The position numbers and the translations under genes are program-made. The notes under the pieces were generated by a model, which searched no databases, was not told the origin of the DNA, and saw nothing but the letters and a program-made list of their open reading frames with translations. DNA of 64,000 bases from assembly GCA_035353055.1 (NCBI GenBank), contig DAOPYW010000001.1, forward strand, positions 21,687-85,686. The letters run 5' to 3'. The stretch comes from Bacilli bacterium (lineage in GTDB: Bacteria > Bacillota_I > Bacilli_A > RFN20 > CAG-826). Shown in pieces: positions 55,554 to 64,000 of the stretch. How positions within the stretch are numbered: position 1 is the stretch's first letter; every line of letters starts with the position of its first letter.

Positions 55554-55780
55554 GAGACACCTCCGCTTCTAGTGTGAGCACTTCGCACATTTTGTTCATC
55601 TTTTCTTTCATAATACATGTCCTTGTCAATAAAAGGCTTGCCAAGGTGATTAAAGCTTATCAAACACGGTATTTGCTTTAGCAACACCAAGCTTTGCTCA
55701 ATAGCCACATCGCCTTCGCACACCATTGATTTTGACAGTTTAGTCCCCTTTCTAAGGGAATTATAACCCAATCAAGCAGC
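55554..55780 (-). promoter_or_regulatory. Long structured 5' leader of corA (about 200 nt) with a TATAAT promoter
   Basis: On the minus strand a TATAAT at about 55765 is followed by the hairpin CCCTT-AGAA-AGGGG. An AAAGCTT…AAGCTTT-enclosed stem-loop with an inner GGTGTT/AATACC helix follows. No M-box consensus was recognised. Confidence 0.35.
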
Positions 55781-55850
55781 AAACCGAAACAGCAAAAAGC
55801 AAGACCGTAACAATTCGGACAATTTCGTCTCAAGTCTCAAGAAGAGACTA

Positions 55851-56381
55851 TCACCACTTCTCGCGGTGAATTTTGTTTTCTTCTAGCTCTGGTTTATTCT
55901 CTTTGATTTTAAAGAAATTTGTCTCGTCTAGAGGATAGCCAAAAGAGATGATGGAATGCGGCATGATATGGCTTGGCATGCCGAATAATTCTTTTTGAGC
56001 ATTCATTCTATCTTCGTTAGGGAAAGTTCCAATCCAAACAGAACCGATACCTAGCTCATGAGCGGCGAGAATCATGTTCTGCGAAGCAATCGCGCAGTCG
56101 ACTTGCCAGTAATTTCCGGAAGATAAAGTGGTATCGCCTAGGACGATGATCGCCATCTTAGCTCCCAATAAAGGAGTGGAGACATCGAGTCCCGCTTTCT
56201 CCGCCATCTTCTTTAAGGTGACGCGATTCTTAATCACTAGGAAATGCCAGTCTCTTCTATTTCTAGCAGATGGACCAGCTTGGCCAGCTTTTAAGATGGT
56301 TTGAAGCGCTTCTTCACTGATATCTTTCTCGCTATATTTTCTGACGCTTTTGCGGCTCAAAATGGCATCGATGGTTTTCAT
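55851..56381 (-). CDS. Nitroreductase-family protein
   Basis: The nitroreductase N-terminal motif AILSRKSVRKY is present. It is 176 aa. Confidence 0.75.
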   Translation of the reverse strand: MKTIDAILSRKSVRKYSEKDISEEALQTILKAGQAGPSARNRRDWHFLVIKNRVTLKKMAEKAGLDVSTPLLGAKMAIIVLGDTTLSSGNYWQVDCAIASQNMILAAHELGIGSVWIGTFPNEDRMNAQKELFGMPSHIMPHSIISFGYPLDETNFFKIKENKPELEENKIHREKW

Positions 56382-56516
56382 AATGCATACCTCTATTTTT
56401 ATTATATATCACTAAGCGAGAGCAAAATCATCCGGTTAGAGATTTTGTTTTTCTTGAAATAAATATTTCCTTTTTCTATTCCTTATAATATTGTGTTTTA
56501 GTGAGAAGGAAGCATT

Positions 56517-57176
56517 ATGAATATCAAAGAAGTTAAGAATCAATCGATAGTATTTTGGGATGAGTATTTTAAAAATTACCCAGCATTCAAAATTCAAAAA
56601 AGCGATGTCACCATCGACACAAGTCTCGATGAGTGCTTGAAGTTTTTAGGCGACAACTGCCAGGAAGTCCTCGACGTCGGATGCGGCGATGGGGTGTGCT
56701 TGATGGAAATCGCGTTAATCGGCGAGAAGATCAAATCTTGCTTAGGAGTAGACTCCTCTCTTAATGCCGTTAATAAAGCGACAGAAATCGTCAATCTATC
56801 TAATATTGAAAAAATCAAATTTGTGCAGGGAGATGAGAACTATCTAAAGACTATTCCTTCTCAAAGCTACGAAGGCATCTACTGCTCAAACTTCCTCGAT
56901 GTCATCCCCGTAGAAATCAGCGATGTAGTCATCCAAGAGATGATAAGAATCATCAAGCCTAAAGGTTACCTTCTACTTAAGTTCAATTTCGTGCTAACCA
57001 ATGATTTGATAGAAAAATTAAAGATGGTCGAGATCGCAAAAAATACCTACGCGATGAATCGCTCCACGGAAGGTTGGATTAGATTATTCCCGGATTTCAA
57101 AGTTCTCCGAATTGATGAATTCGAAAGAGCGCCTGGATTACCAAAAGATCGCATTATCCTCCTGCAAAAGGATTAA
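56517..57176 (+). CDS. Class I SAM-dependent methyltransferase
   Basis: SAM-binding motif I VLDVGCGDG is present. It is 219 aa. Confidence 0.7.
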   Translation: MNIKEVKNQSIVFWDEYFKNYPAFKIQKSDVTIDTSLDECLKFLGDNCQEVLDVGCGDGVCLMEIALIGEKIKSCLGVDSSLNAVNKATEIVNLSNIEKIKFVQGDENYLKTIPSQSYEGIYCSNFLDVIPVEISDVVIQEMIRIIKPKGYLLLKFNFVLTNDLIEKLKMVEIAKNTYAMNRSTEGWIRLFPDFKVLRIDEFERAPGLPKDRIILLQKD

Positions 57177-57179
57177 TTG

Positions 57180-58118
57180 TTAATTCTTAGCGACCGCGAC
57201 TTCCGTCTTTTTGACTTTGGCTCGGTCTCTGATCAAGACGATAGCAATGAACGCTGCTAGTAAAACTAGCGCGGTCACACCGACAATTAAGAAACAAGTG
57301 CCATTAGATAATTTATTGCCGAAGAATTCAATCTCGGTATCAAAGTTTACGCGAATGCTGTCAATGGCCTCCGCTGGCAAGTCTTTTCCTAATGCTTCTG
57401 TCGCTCCTCTTACGAAGTAATAGCGGAACAAAATGGTCCCATAAGTGCCAGGAAGGAATTTAATAAAGTTTTGAATGCTATCCGAGAATTGCGAGATGGG
57501 CATATAAGCTCCGCATAGGAATCCATACATGGATGACACTAATGTCGATAAAGCGGTTCCCACTCCCATCGATTTGATGAATGATTCAATAATCGTTGCG
57601 AGTAATGAACCGAATAAAGTCAATAATAGAGTATTTAAAATAATCATGATCACATCATTGAAAGACAGATACCATCCGACGATGGCCATGTAGCCAAAGC
57701 CGAGTCCTAGACAGGCCAGACACACAATAGTTGTAGTTATGTAGTTAGATATCAGATAGCTGAGTGAGAGAACAGTCTTTTTAACTGGCGTGACTAAGAT
57801 GTCATCGACGATACCATTGGCTCGATCAGCGATGATGATAGTATTGCTGCAGAACGCGATGGTAATGCAGGATGAGGCGAGAATCGATGAGACCAGCCAT
57901 CCAGCGGTGAAGCCGTTGAGGACGCGAGAAGAGATGATTACTCCCTCAGGGATGTAATGTTCCAAAGAGCTAGTGTACAAGCTTCTTAAGAAGGTAATGA
58001 ATAAAATCAACAAGATGGCAGGAGTGATTAAAGAGATTAAAAAGGTCCCTTTATCCTTGAAGTACATCTTGATATTGCGCTTGATGAGATAGAGCAAATC
58101 GTATAGGTTCTTATTCAT
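57180..58118 (-). CDS. ABC-2-type transporter permease
   Basis: Six TM helices are predicted. The start MNKNLYDLLYLIKRN has a GGAGG RBS and overlaps the ATPase gene's 3' end by 8 nt. Confidence 0.7.
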   Translation of the reverse strand: MNKNLYDLLYLIKRNIKMYFKDKGTFLISLITPAILLILFITFLRSLYTSSLEHYIPEGVIISSRVLNGFTAGWLVSSILASSCITIAFCSNTIIIADRANGIVDDILVTPVKKTVLSLSYLISNYITTTIVCLACLGLGFGYMAIVGWYLSFNDVIMIILNTLLLTLFGSLLATIIESFIKSMGVGTALSTLVSSMYGFLCGAYMPISQFSDSIQNFIKFLPGTYGTILFRYYFVRGATEALGKDLPAEAIDSIRVNFDTEIEFFGNKLSNGTCFLIVGVTALVLLAAFIAIVLIRDRAKVKKTEVAVAKN

Positions 58119-59049
58119 TGGCGGATCCTCCAGTGAGCACTTTCCCAGTGACATTAAGGAAGACTTCGTCCATCGTCCCTTTTAGCAGCTCGACATCTTT
58201 AAATAAGTCGGCGTGAGCAATGATGAATTCTTTGCCCTGTTCGACATTTTTGACTTCGATGCGGATGAAGTCATCTTTTTCTTCGAATTTCATCTTTTCT
58301 TCTTTTAAGACGCGGATGAGCTCATCGCTCTTGTCGTAGATTTTGATGAAGTCATGGGCGTATTTATTCTTTAAGTGATTAGGCAGATCATCAGCGACGA
58401 TATGACCGGAGTCCAAGATGACCACGAAATCCGCGTTCGCCGCTTCTTCCATATAATGGGTGGTCAAGAAAATCGTCACTTCCTTGTGATCTTTTAAGGT
58501 GTTCAAACACGACCAAACCATGATTCTCGTCTGAGGATCTAAGCCAGTGGTCGGCTCATCTAATATTAATATCTTAGGCTTATGAATTAAGGCTCTGGCG
58601 ATATCGATTCTTCGCCTCTGCCCACCGGACATCTTTTCCAAGCTCTTTTTGAGGAGCGGCTTTAATTCTAGCAAGTCGGCTAACTCCTCGAGTCTATCCT
58701 CAAAGGCTTTGCCTTTAATCCCGTATAGAGCGGCTTTTAAGCGCAAATTATCGTAAGCGGTTAGTTTCTTATCGAGGCAGGAGTTCTGAAAGACAATGCC
58801 TACCTTAGTTTTTGTCTCATCGGTGTGGTTGTCGATGTCGATGCCATCGATGGAGATGGTTCCACTATCTTTGGTGGAGATGCCAGCTATCACATTGATG
58901 GTTGTCGACTTTCCCGCTCCATTGAGACCTAAAAAAGCGAACAGTTCGCCTTCTTTAACGCAAAAGGAAATATCATCGACAGCTTTGACCTGCCCAAAAT
59001 ACTTCTTTAGATGTTTGACTTCGATAATATTTCTTTCGATTTTATCCAT
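58111..59049 (-). CDS. ABC transporter ATP-binding protein (ABC-2 subfamily)
   Basis: Walker A GLNGAGKST, the signature MSGGQRRR and Walker B ILILDEPT are present. The RBS is GAGGGG. Confidence 0.85.
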   Translation of the reverse strand: MDKIERNIIEVKHLKKYFGQVKAVDDISFCVKEGELFAFLGLNGAGKSTTINVIAGISTKDSGTISIDGIDIDNHTDETKTKVGIVFQNSCLDKKLTAYDNLRLKAALYGIKGKAFEDRLEELADLLELKPLLKKSLEKMSGGQRRRIDIARALIHKPKILILDEPTTGLDPQTRIMVWSCLNTLKDHKEVTIFLTTHYMEEAANADFVVILDSGHIVADDLPNHLKNKYAHDFIKIYDKSDELIRVLKEEKMKFEEKDDFIRIEVKNVEQGKEFIIAHADLFKDVELLKGTMDEVFLNVTGKVLTGGSANE

Positions 59050-59063
59050 GGCATTTACCCCTC

Positions 59064-59083
59064 ATCAATACCTAGATATTGAT
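59064..59083. promoter_or_regulatory. Inverted repeat ATCAATA-CCTAGA-TATTGAT 15-34 nt upstream of the ABC ATPase start; candidate operator
   Basis: The 7-bp arms are perfectly complementary and sit next to the RBS. Confidence 0.35.
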
Positions 59084-59201
59084 AACGTGGGTATTCTAAA
59101 AGAATAGGCTGAATGATTCAACCTTTATTTAGTTACGTGAAGGTGGTTGTGTAACAAAGGGAAAGAAATTAACTTAAGACTTTGGCTATCTGCCCAATAT
59201 C

Positions 59202-59549
59202 CTAGATGGCAAAAAACAGTATTATTTTAATGGCTGAAACAAGGAAGCAAATCGCAAAGGTGCCCGTCATAACATAATTAGTGACTTTTATTTTCTTAGT
59301 GCTAGATTTCGCAAATTTAAAAGTGAAAAGAAACCCGATAATCGAAACATGCAACGAAATGCCTATTGCACACAGCAATGAAATACGAAGAAAAGCATCT
59401 CCGAAAACATCACCAATATTATTATCTGGAGTGTTGTTTTTGAGGTCAATAACGCTGATGGATAATAGAAAGATTGCAAAAGCAAAGGTAATCGCGAGCA
59501 GGACACCCATGACAATTGTCCCGACTAATCGCGATTTTTTTTGAACCAT
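59202..59549 (-). CDS. Small polytopic membrane protein of unknown function
   Basis: Three to four predicted TM helices are present. It lies upstream of the ABC-2 transporter genes. The start is uncertain (ATG at 59549 or TTG at 59582). Confidence 0.45.
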   Translation of the reverse strand: MVQKKSRLVGTIVMGVLLAITFAFAIFLLSISVIDLKNNTPDNNIGDVFGDAFLRISLLCAIGISLHVSIIGFLFTFKFAKSSTKKIKVTNYVMTGTFAICFLVSAIKIILFFAI

Positions 59550-59580
59550 ATAAAATCTCTTTTCAACTTTAAGTCTGCTC

Positions 59581-59605
59581 AAAAAGCGGCTGCTTTCAAC
59601 CGCTT
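59581..59605 (-). terminator. Rho-independent terminator of the HTH-M18 gene
   Basis: The minus-strand hairpin AAGCGG-TTGAAAGCAG-CCGCTT is followed by TTTTTG. Confidence 0.6.
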
Positions 59606-59627
59606 AATTTGAAGGTGTCTGTGCTAA

Positions 59628-61076
59628 TTACTTGATTACCGTTTGAAAATCGTCATTGCTGATGTTGGTTTCATAGAAGCATTTGACCAACTTAATCATT
59701 TTTTCGATGTCGTATTTGCCGACGGTTTCGATGGCTGAGTGCATTGCCAACTGAGCGAGGCCGATGTCGCAAGTGTTAATTCCCAATTGGGCGCTTGTCA
59801 CTAGTCCAATTGTTGACCCACATCGGATATCGCTGTTGTTGTAGTATTCTTGAATAACAATATCGTTCTTTTTAGCGATGGACTTCACAACGGCACTGCT
59901 ATAGCCATCTGTGGCGTAGTTAGGGTGATGTTTGATGATTACTCCCTCGTTGAGCTTAACCATCTCAGAGGGGTCACTTTTCTCGGGATGAGCAGGATGA
60001 ACTGCATGACCATTATCAATCGATAGGGCGAATCCATTAGCGATGGCCTGATAATAATCATCTTTAGTTTTATTTAAAGCAGTATTGATTTTCTCTAGAA
60101 CATTAGCGAGGAAGATTGATTCCGCTCCCTGCTTGGATAAGCTGCCGATCTCTTCATTGTCAGTCGCGTAAAGCATGGATATTCCTTGCTCTCGGCAAGA
60201 AATAATCGCTTCGATAATCGCGTATAAACTAGTGAGATTGTCGATGCGAGGTGAGACAAGTAGTTCAGAGTCTAAGCCAGAATATGTTGGCTTGACAAAA
60301 GGAACGCAGTATAGATCACCATCCACGATTTTCTCATTAGGTAGCAAGGATAAATATAAGTTGTCGCATTTTCCGTATATTGGCAACATATCGCTTTGAT
60401 TCTTAAGTTCCATGCCCTCATTAACGGTTGGATTATGATGAATACATAAGCTAGGAATGTTCACATTGAAATCGCTGGATATCAGCCTTTGTTCGATACC
60501 ACTTTCGGTTTCGATAAAGACTCTCCCACCTATCTTTAGTGGGATATCTAGAAATGAATAATTAATTAAACTACCATAGCGTTCGACATTGATTCTTTTT
60601 CCTTCGGGAGAATCAATGACACTATTGCCCTTAATCTTTAAGGATGGGGAATCAGTGTGGCAAGAGGCAATATGAAAAGCATAGCGAGATAAATCACCGA
60701 CTTTAAAAGCGATGAGAGCGCTGCTGTTCTTTGTGACAAAATACTTGCCCCCTTCTTTGAGCTTCCACTCCTCGTGTTCTTTCAGTTCCACAAATCCTTC
60801 TTTGGCTAAAAGCACACATGCATTATGAGTTGCATGATAGGAAGTTAATGACTTATGTAAGAACTCAGTAATGGAATCATTTTCTAGTTCTGATTTAAAA
60901 AGAAATTGATCAGGGTCAATCATCAAGATCTTCGCTAACTTATCAATGATTTTGCTGGGAATCGAAGAATCATCTCTTTCATAATTTCCATAGGCTTGTT
61001 GAGAAATACCAAGTTTATTTGCTATTTCGGCTTGTGTTAATCCGCATTTCTTTCTAAAAAATTGTAATTTTGACAT
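59628..61076 (-). CDS. XRE-family HTH domain fused to an M18-family aminopeptidase
   Basis: The N-terminus LTQAEIANKLGISQQAYGNYERD is a Cro/C1-type HTH. The remainder carries the M18 signature ASCHTDSPSLKIKG and DNGHAVHP…CGSTIG. Confidence 0.75.
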   Translation of the reverse strand: MSKLQFFRKKCGLTQAEIANKLGISQQAYGNYERDDSSIPSKIIDKLAKILMIDPDQFLFKSELENDSITEFLHKSLTSYHATHNACVLLAKEGFVELKEHEEWKLKEGGKYFVTKNSSALIAFKVGDLSRYAFHIASCHTDSPSLKIKGNSVIDSPEGKRINVERYGSLINYSFLDIPLKIGGRVFIETESGIEQRLISSDFNVNIPSLCIHHNPTVNEGMELKNQSDMLPIYGKCDNLYLSLLPNEKIVDGDLYCVPFVKPTYSGLDSELLVSPRIDNLTSLYAIIEAIISCREQGISMLYATDNEEIGSLSKQGAESIFLANVLEKINTALNKTKDDYYQAIANGFALSIDNGHAVHPAHPEKSDPSEMVKLNEGVIIKHHPNYATDGYSSAVVKSIAKKNDIVIQEYYNNSDIRCGSTIGLVTSAQLGINTCDIGLAQLAMHSAIETVGKYDIEKMIKLVKCFYETNISNDDFQTVIK

Positions 61077-61091
61077 ATAAACACTCTTTTC

Positions 61092-61146
61092 TACAATTAT
61101 TGTAATATAAAAGCAAAAACAATAATAGCAAACAATTATAATTGCT
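61092..61146. promoter_or_regulatory. Two AT-rich palindromes (TACAATTATTGTA at 61092-61104; CAATTATAATTG at 61133-61144) upstream of the HTH-M18 gene; candidate auto-operators
   Basis: Both are perfectly self-complementary, and XRE regulators typically bind such dyads. They lie within about 70 nt of the start codon. Confidence 0.35.
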
Positions 61147-61210
61147 ATGTATTTAAGAATAATAGATATAAATTTGGGTAATTTTTAAATGCTAATTTAG
61201 TGAGTGGATA

Positions 61211-62494
61211 TTATGGTTTATTAACAATTGCTTTGGGTTTCTTTTTTTCAATAATGATTTCGCCAGCTTTAGTTAAAGCAATCTTGGTGATGATTGGACC
61301 AACTAGTTCATAGACGAGCGTTGCTGCTAAAGCAACGGCCAAAATCATCGCTCCATATTCAGGATTTGTTGGGAACCCTTGAGATGCTAGAGTGGCCATG
61401 CCAATGGCAACACCCGCTTGCGGAAATAATGCCCAACCAAGGTATTTTTGAACCTTTGGTTCAGCTTTGGTGATTTTGCCGCCAAGGAATGAACCAAAAA
61501 ACTTTCCTACCATTCGGAAAACGATGTAGACACCAGCGACAATTAATATTAATCCGCCTTTGAAAAAGACACTTAAATCAAGGGATGCACCACTAATGAC
61601 AAAGAACAGCATAAATAATGGCGGTGTCCATCGCTCCACTCCTTCGAGTATCTGCTCGCCATCAGCGCGAGCATTGACGAGTATCGTGCCAATCATCATG
61701 CAGGCTAGTAAAGATGATATAGTAGCTTCATAGCTGCCAACTTTAATGCGAGCAAGCATCACAACTAGCAATACAGAAACAATCATCAGTGAAAGGCGGT
61801 TCGCTCGAGAATGGAACCAGCGCATAGCTAGAGTCAAAAGAAAACCAACGGCAGTCCCTATGCCTAATGAGATGACAATCTCAGCTAATGGGATGAGCAA
61901 AACTTCGATGATTGTAATCGCTCTTCCGCTCGCCAAAGCTTCGGCGACGGGAAAGCAAATGGCAAAACTCATTAAAGCAACAGCGTCATCTAAAGCAACA
62001 ACTGGCAATAGCGTATTAGTCACTGGACCTTTGGCTCGATATTGACGGACGACCATCAAAGTGGCCGCCGGAGCTGTGGCTGTAGCGATTGCGCCTAGAG
62101 TGATCACTACTGGCAATGGAATACCTGGGACAAAAAAGTAAACTAATAAAAGCGCAATTAAGGTAATGAAAAGTGCTCCTAATCCTTCAAATATGGTGAT
62201 AATAATAATGCTTTTGCCAGCTGACTTTAGCGTTTCTTTTTTAAAGCTGGTGCCAATTGAGAAGGCAATGAACCCAAGAGCAATTTCAGTAATAATACCA
62301 AACGATTTAACATCATCTGCATCCAAGAAGAAATCGGGCAGCCATTTTCCTAATAGAAATGGTCCGATTAAGACACCAGCTATTAGAAAGCCAGTGACAT
62401 TAGGCAGACCTAATGGCTTCATCAAACGAGTAGCCAGTAGGCCAAAAAACATAGCCAAAATAAGCGGTAATAAGATGCCAAGTTGTTGGAGCAT
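61211..62494 (-). CDS. Cation:proton antiporter (CPA-family, KefB/NhaP-like)
   Basis: It has 12-13 TM helices and the motif GLPNVTGFLIAGVLIGP. It is 427 aa. Confidence 0.75.
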   Translation of the reverse strand: MLQQLGILLPLILAMFFGLLATRLMKPLGLPNVTGFLIAGVLIGPFLLGKWLPDFFLDADDVKSFGIITEIALGFIAFSIGTSFKKETLKSAGKSIIIITIFEGLGALFITLIALLLVYFFVPGIPLPVVITLGAIATATAPAATLMVVRQYRAKGPVTNTLLPVVALDDAVALMSFAICFPVAEALASGRAITIIEVLLIPLAEIVISLGIGTAVGFLLTLAMRWFHSRANRLSLMIVSVLLVVMLARIKVGSYEATISSLLACMMIGTILVNARADGEQILEGVERWTPPLFMLFFVISGASLDLSVFFKGGLILIVAGVYIVFRMVGKFFGSFLGGKITKAEPKVQKYLGWALFPQAGVAIGMATLASQGFPTNPEYGAMILAVALAATLVYELVGPIITKIALTKAGEIIIEKKKPKAIVNKP

Positions 62495-62496
62495 AT

Positions 62497-62829
62497 TTAG
62501 AAACTTCCTTCAAATGAAACCAAGGGGATGATGGCCATCCCACCACGCGTGGTCGCAAAGGAATGAGTAGCTTCTCGAATCAATTGTTTTACTTCTTCGA
62601 CATGGCTCTCATCAAGAATGATATACAAGGCAACGTTTTTTTGAAAACCGGCTGATACCACTTGTCGAAGATTGCCAAACATTGGCTGAAAATCAGGATC
62701 GTCAAGAAGCGTTGAAGATATTGATCCGGTTTCTGTGGTTGTTCCGTTATAACCCCGCTCATGAAGCTCTTTAAAAAGCCGATGAGATTCTTCGGTATTT
62801 TGTAATATTGCAAATAAAAGTTGTTTCAT
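62497..62829 (-). CDS. PII-like small signalling protein (DarA/DUF970-like) coupled to the antiporter
   Basis: It is 110 aa. The N-terminal MKQLLFAILQNTEE…GYNGTTTETGSI pattern resembles B. subtilis DarA (MKLIVAIVQDQD…FRATKLATTGGFL). A 2-nt gap separates it from the antiporter gene. Confidence 0.45.
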   Translation of the reverse strand: MKQLLFAILQNTEESHRLFKELHERGYNGTTTETGSISSTLLDDPDFQPMFGNLRQVVSAGFQKNVALYIILDESHVEEVKQLIREATHSFATTRGGMAIIPLVSFEGSF

Positions 62830-62967
62830 AGAAAAAGCCTTCCTTTAATATTGATACTAGTATAAAACATTTATTGATTACTTCAATAAGAGACTGCAGA
62901 AATCAAGAAAAGGCCGACCTCATAATTTTCCGGAGTCTCAAAATAAAGAAATCTGTTTAGTTCGTCA

Positions 62968-63348
62968 CTAAAATTGAAGGAGAGGTTTTGCTTTTTCAAT
63001 CAACTTCTTTTGGTCTATTTCAATAAAATAGTTATGCTCTTCTATTTTCTGTTTTTGGTTTAATTTAAAAGCAACGTAAATAATCCCAGGAATAATAAAG
63101 AGCAAGAAGCAAAGCAATGCAAGCAAGAAATCGATGTCCTCATAATACTTTCTTTTATGTTCCAAAGCATCGTATTGTTCCATAAAAGCTTTTAATTCAT
63201 CGGCATGAGGATTGCTTCTGTCCAAAATCATCACCGATTTAAGAAGGTGAAGAGGACCGGAACGAACTGTCTTGTCTTCGACCCAACGAAAGCCAAAGGC
63301 TTCATAGATCCATCTTTTATCTGGAAATATTACTACTTCGTCTTCCAT
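62968..63348 (-). CDS. Hypothetical protein with a C-terminal TM anchor
   Basis: It is 126 aa with a cytoplasmic N-domain followed by the TM helix FLLALLCFLLFIIPGIIYVAF. Confidence 0.4.
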   Translation of the reverse strand: MEDEVVIFPDKRWIYEAFGFRWVEDKTVRSGPLHLLKSVMILDRSNPHADELKAFMEQYDALEHKRKYYEDIDFLLALLCFLLFIIPGIIYVAFKLNQKQKIEEHNYFIEIDQKKLIEKAKPLLQF

Positions 63349-63358
63349 ATTCTTTTAC

Positions 63359-64000
63359 CTACCCTATCTTTGTGGGTGTTCCACCAGTTAACGGAACACT
63401 ATAGAAACGAGAGTCGCTTTGAAGACCGGCTAAATTCACGTTTATAAAATAAACAATGTTATCCACTACCGCAAAACACTCAGAATAATATGTTGAGTTA
63501 TTCGCTAGAACAAGAGTTCCGTTTGTTTCAGTAGCGGTTTTGCTGACTCTATATAAGCCATTAGTCCCCGTCAGTGTATCAGTGTAGTAGAAAACCTCAC
63601 TGCCTATCACTTTAATTGAAGTCGGATCTGTAGAACTCGTCACTACTCCAACCTTATTGCTTCCATCGAGATTCATTCTCGATAGCTGCTTTGTTGTATA
63701 TCCAAAGCCAGACATATCGCGGTAATAGATGAATGTCCCATCGGTATCAAATGCCGTCGTGTGAACAGACTTTGTTCCAGCTTTAATTTCAGTGACGACC
63801 TTGGTAGACGGATCTAAATTAAAAATCTGATAGCCATCAATGAATAGCAGCTTTCCTCCAGCTACACGAAGATTTGAAACGCCTTTGGCGTGCATTTCTT
63901 CATCGGTATATGTTTCGATATTGAATCTATGAATCGCGGTGGCAGCGCCAGCAGCATTATCCATTGAATAATAGATGTAATCCCCAAGCTGGACAAAGTC
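63359..64000 (-). CDS. Hypothetical protein, C-terminal part only (beta-rich, possibly propeller-like); the 5' end lies beyond the window
   Basis: The ORF is open to the window end. It is rich in Thr/Gly/Tyr/Asn repeats (…YYRD…YYTD…YFINVN…). Confidence 0.4.
   Translation of the reverse strand, partial: DFVQLGDYIYYSMDNAAGAATAIHRFNIETYTDEEMHAKGVSNLRVAGGKLLFIDGYQIFNLDPSTKVVTEIKAGTKSVHTTAFDTDGTFIYYRDMSGFGYTTKQLSRMNLDGSNKVGVVTSSTDPTSIKVIGSEVFYYTDTLTGTNGLYRVSKTATETNGTLVLANNSTYYSECFAVVDNIVYFINVNLAGLQSDSRFYSVPLTGGTPTKIG

Noticed and set aside
55550-55771. 73-aa ORF ending in an ATGA overlap with corA
   Set aside because: Its only start is a TTG embedded in the TATAAT -10 element, and internal ATGs lack an SD. 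It was treated as part of a non-coding leader, though uORF coupling cannot be fully excluded.
55554-55850. M-box (Mg2+) riboswitch upstream of corA
   Set aside because: I could not find the conserved M-box core elements. It is kept only as an unclassified structured leader.

Overview
This is a dense, low-GC Firmicutes-type chromosomal segment with about 60 genes and no rRNA, tRNA, CRISPR array or transposase. Gene order follows several well-known Bacillus subtilis synteny blocks. These are yqeG-yqeH-yhbY-nadD/yqeK; xerD-deoB; asp23-nusB-xseA-xseB-dxs; secDF-recJ...relA-hisS-aspS; ruvAB; obg-rpmA-prp-rplU; radC/valS; and ysoA-tig-lon-ysxC. Several genes are Mollicutes/Erysipelotrichia-style fusions: NadD-YqeK, SecDF, arginine decarboxylase-agmatine deiminase, and an XRE-HTH-M18 aminopeptidase. 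Two T-box leaders are visible; the valS one is canonical, the other sits unusually in front of a tryptophanase/tyrosine phenol-lyase-family gene. The most system-like unexplained feature is a solitary extended MazF/PemK-like gene (5910-6491, minus strand). It has no antitoxin partner and sits beside a 376-bp non-coding tract that carries an antisense extended -10 promoter. Other unusual items include a TTAGTA direct-repeat motif with 11-bp spacing that recurs at four intergenic sites, and a HisRS with a Cys/His/Asp-rich C-terminal tail. There are also a small Zn-ribbon ORF ahead of cysK-cysE, several near-perfect palindromic operator candidates, and a PII-like gene coupled to a cation:proton antiporter. 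All calls rest on motif recognition and reading the sequence by eye; no database searches were possible.
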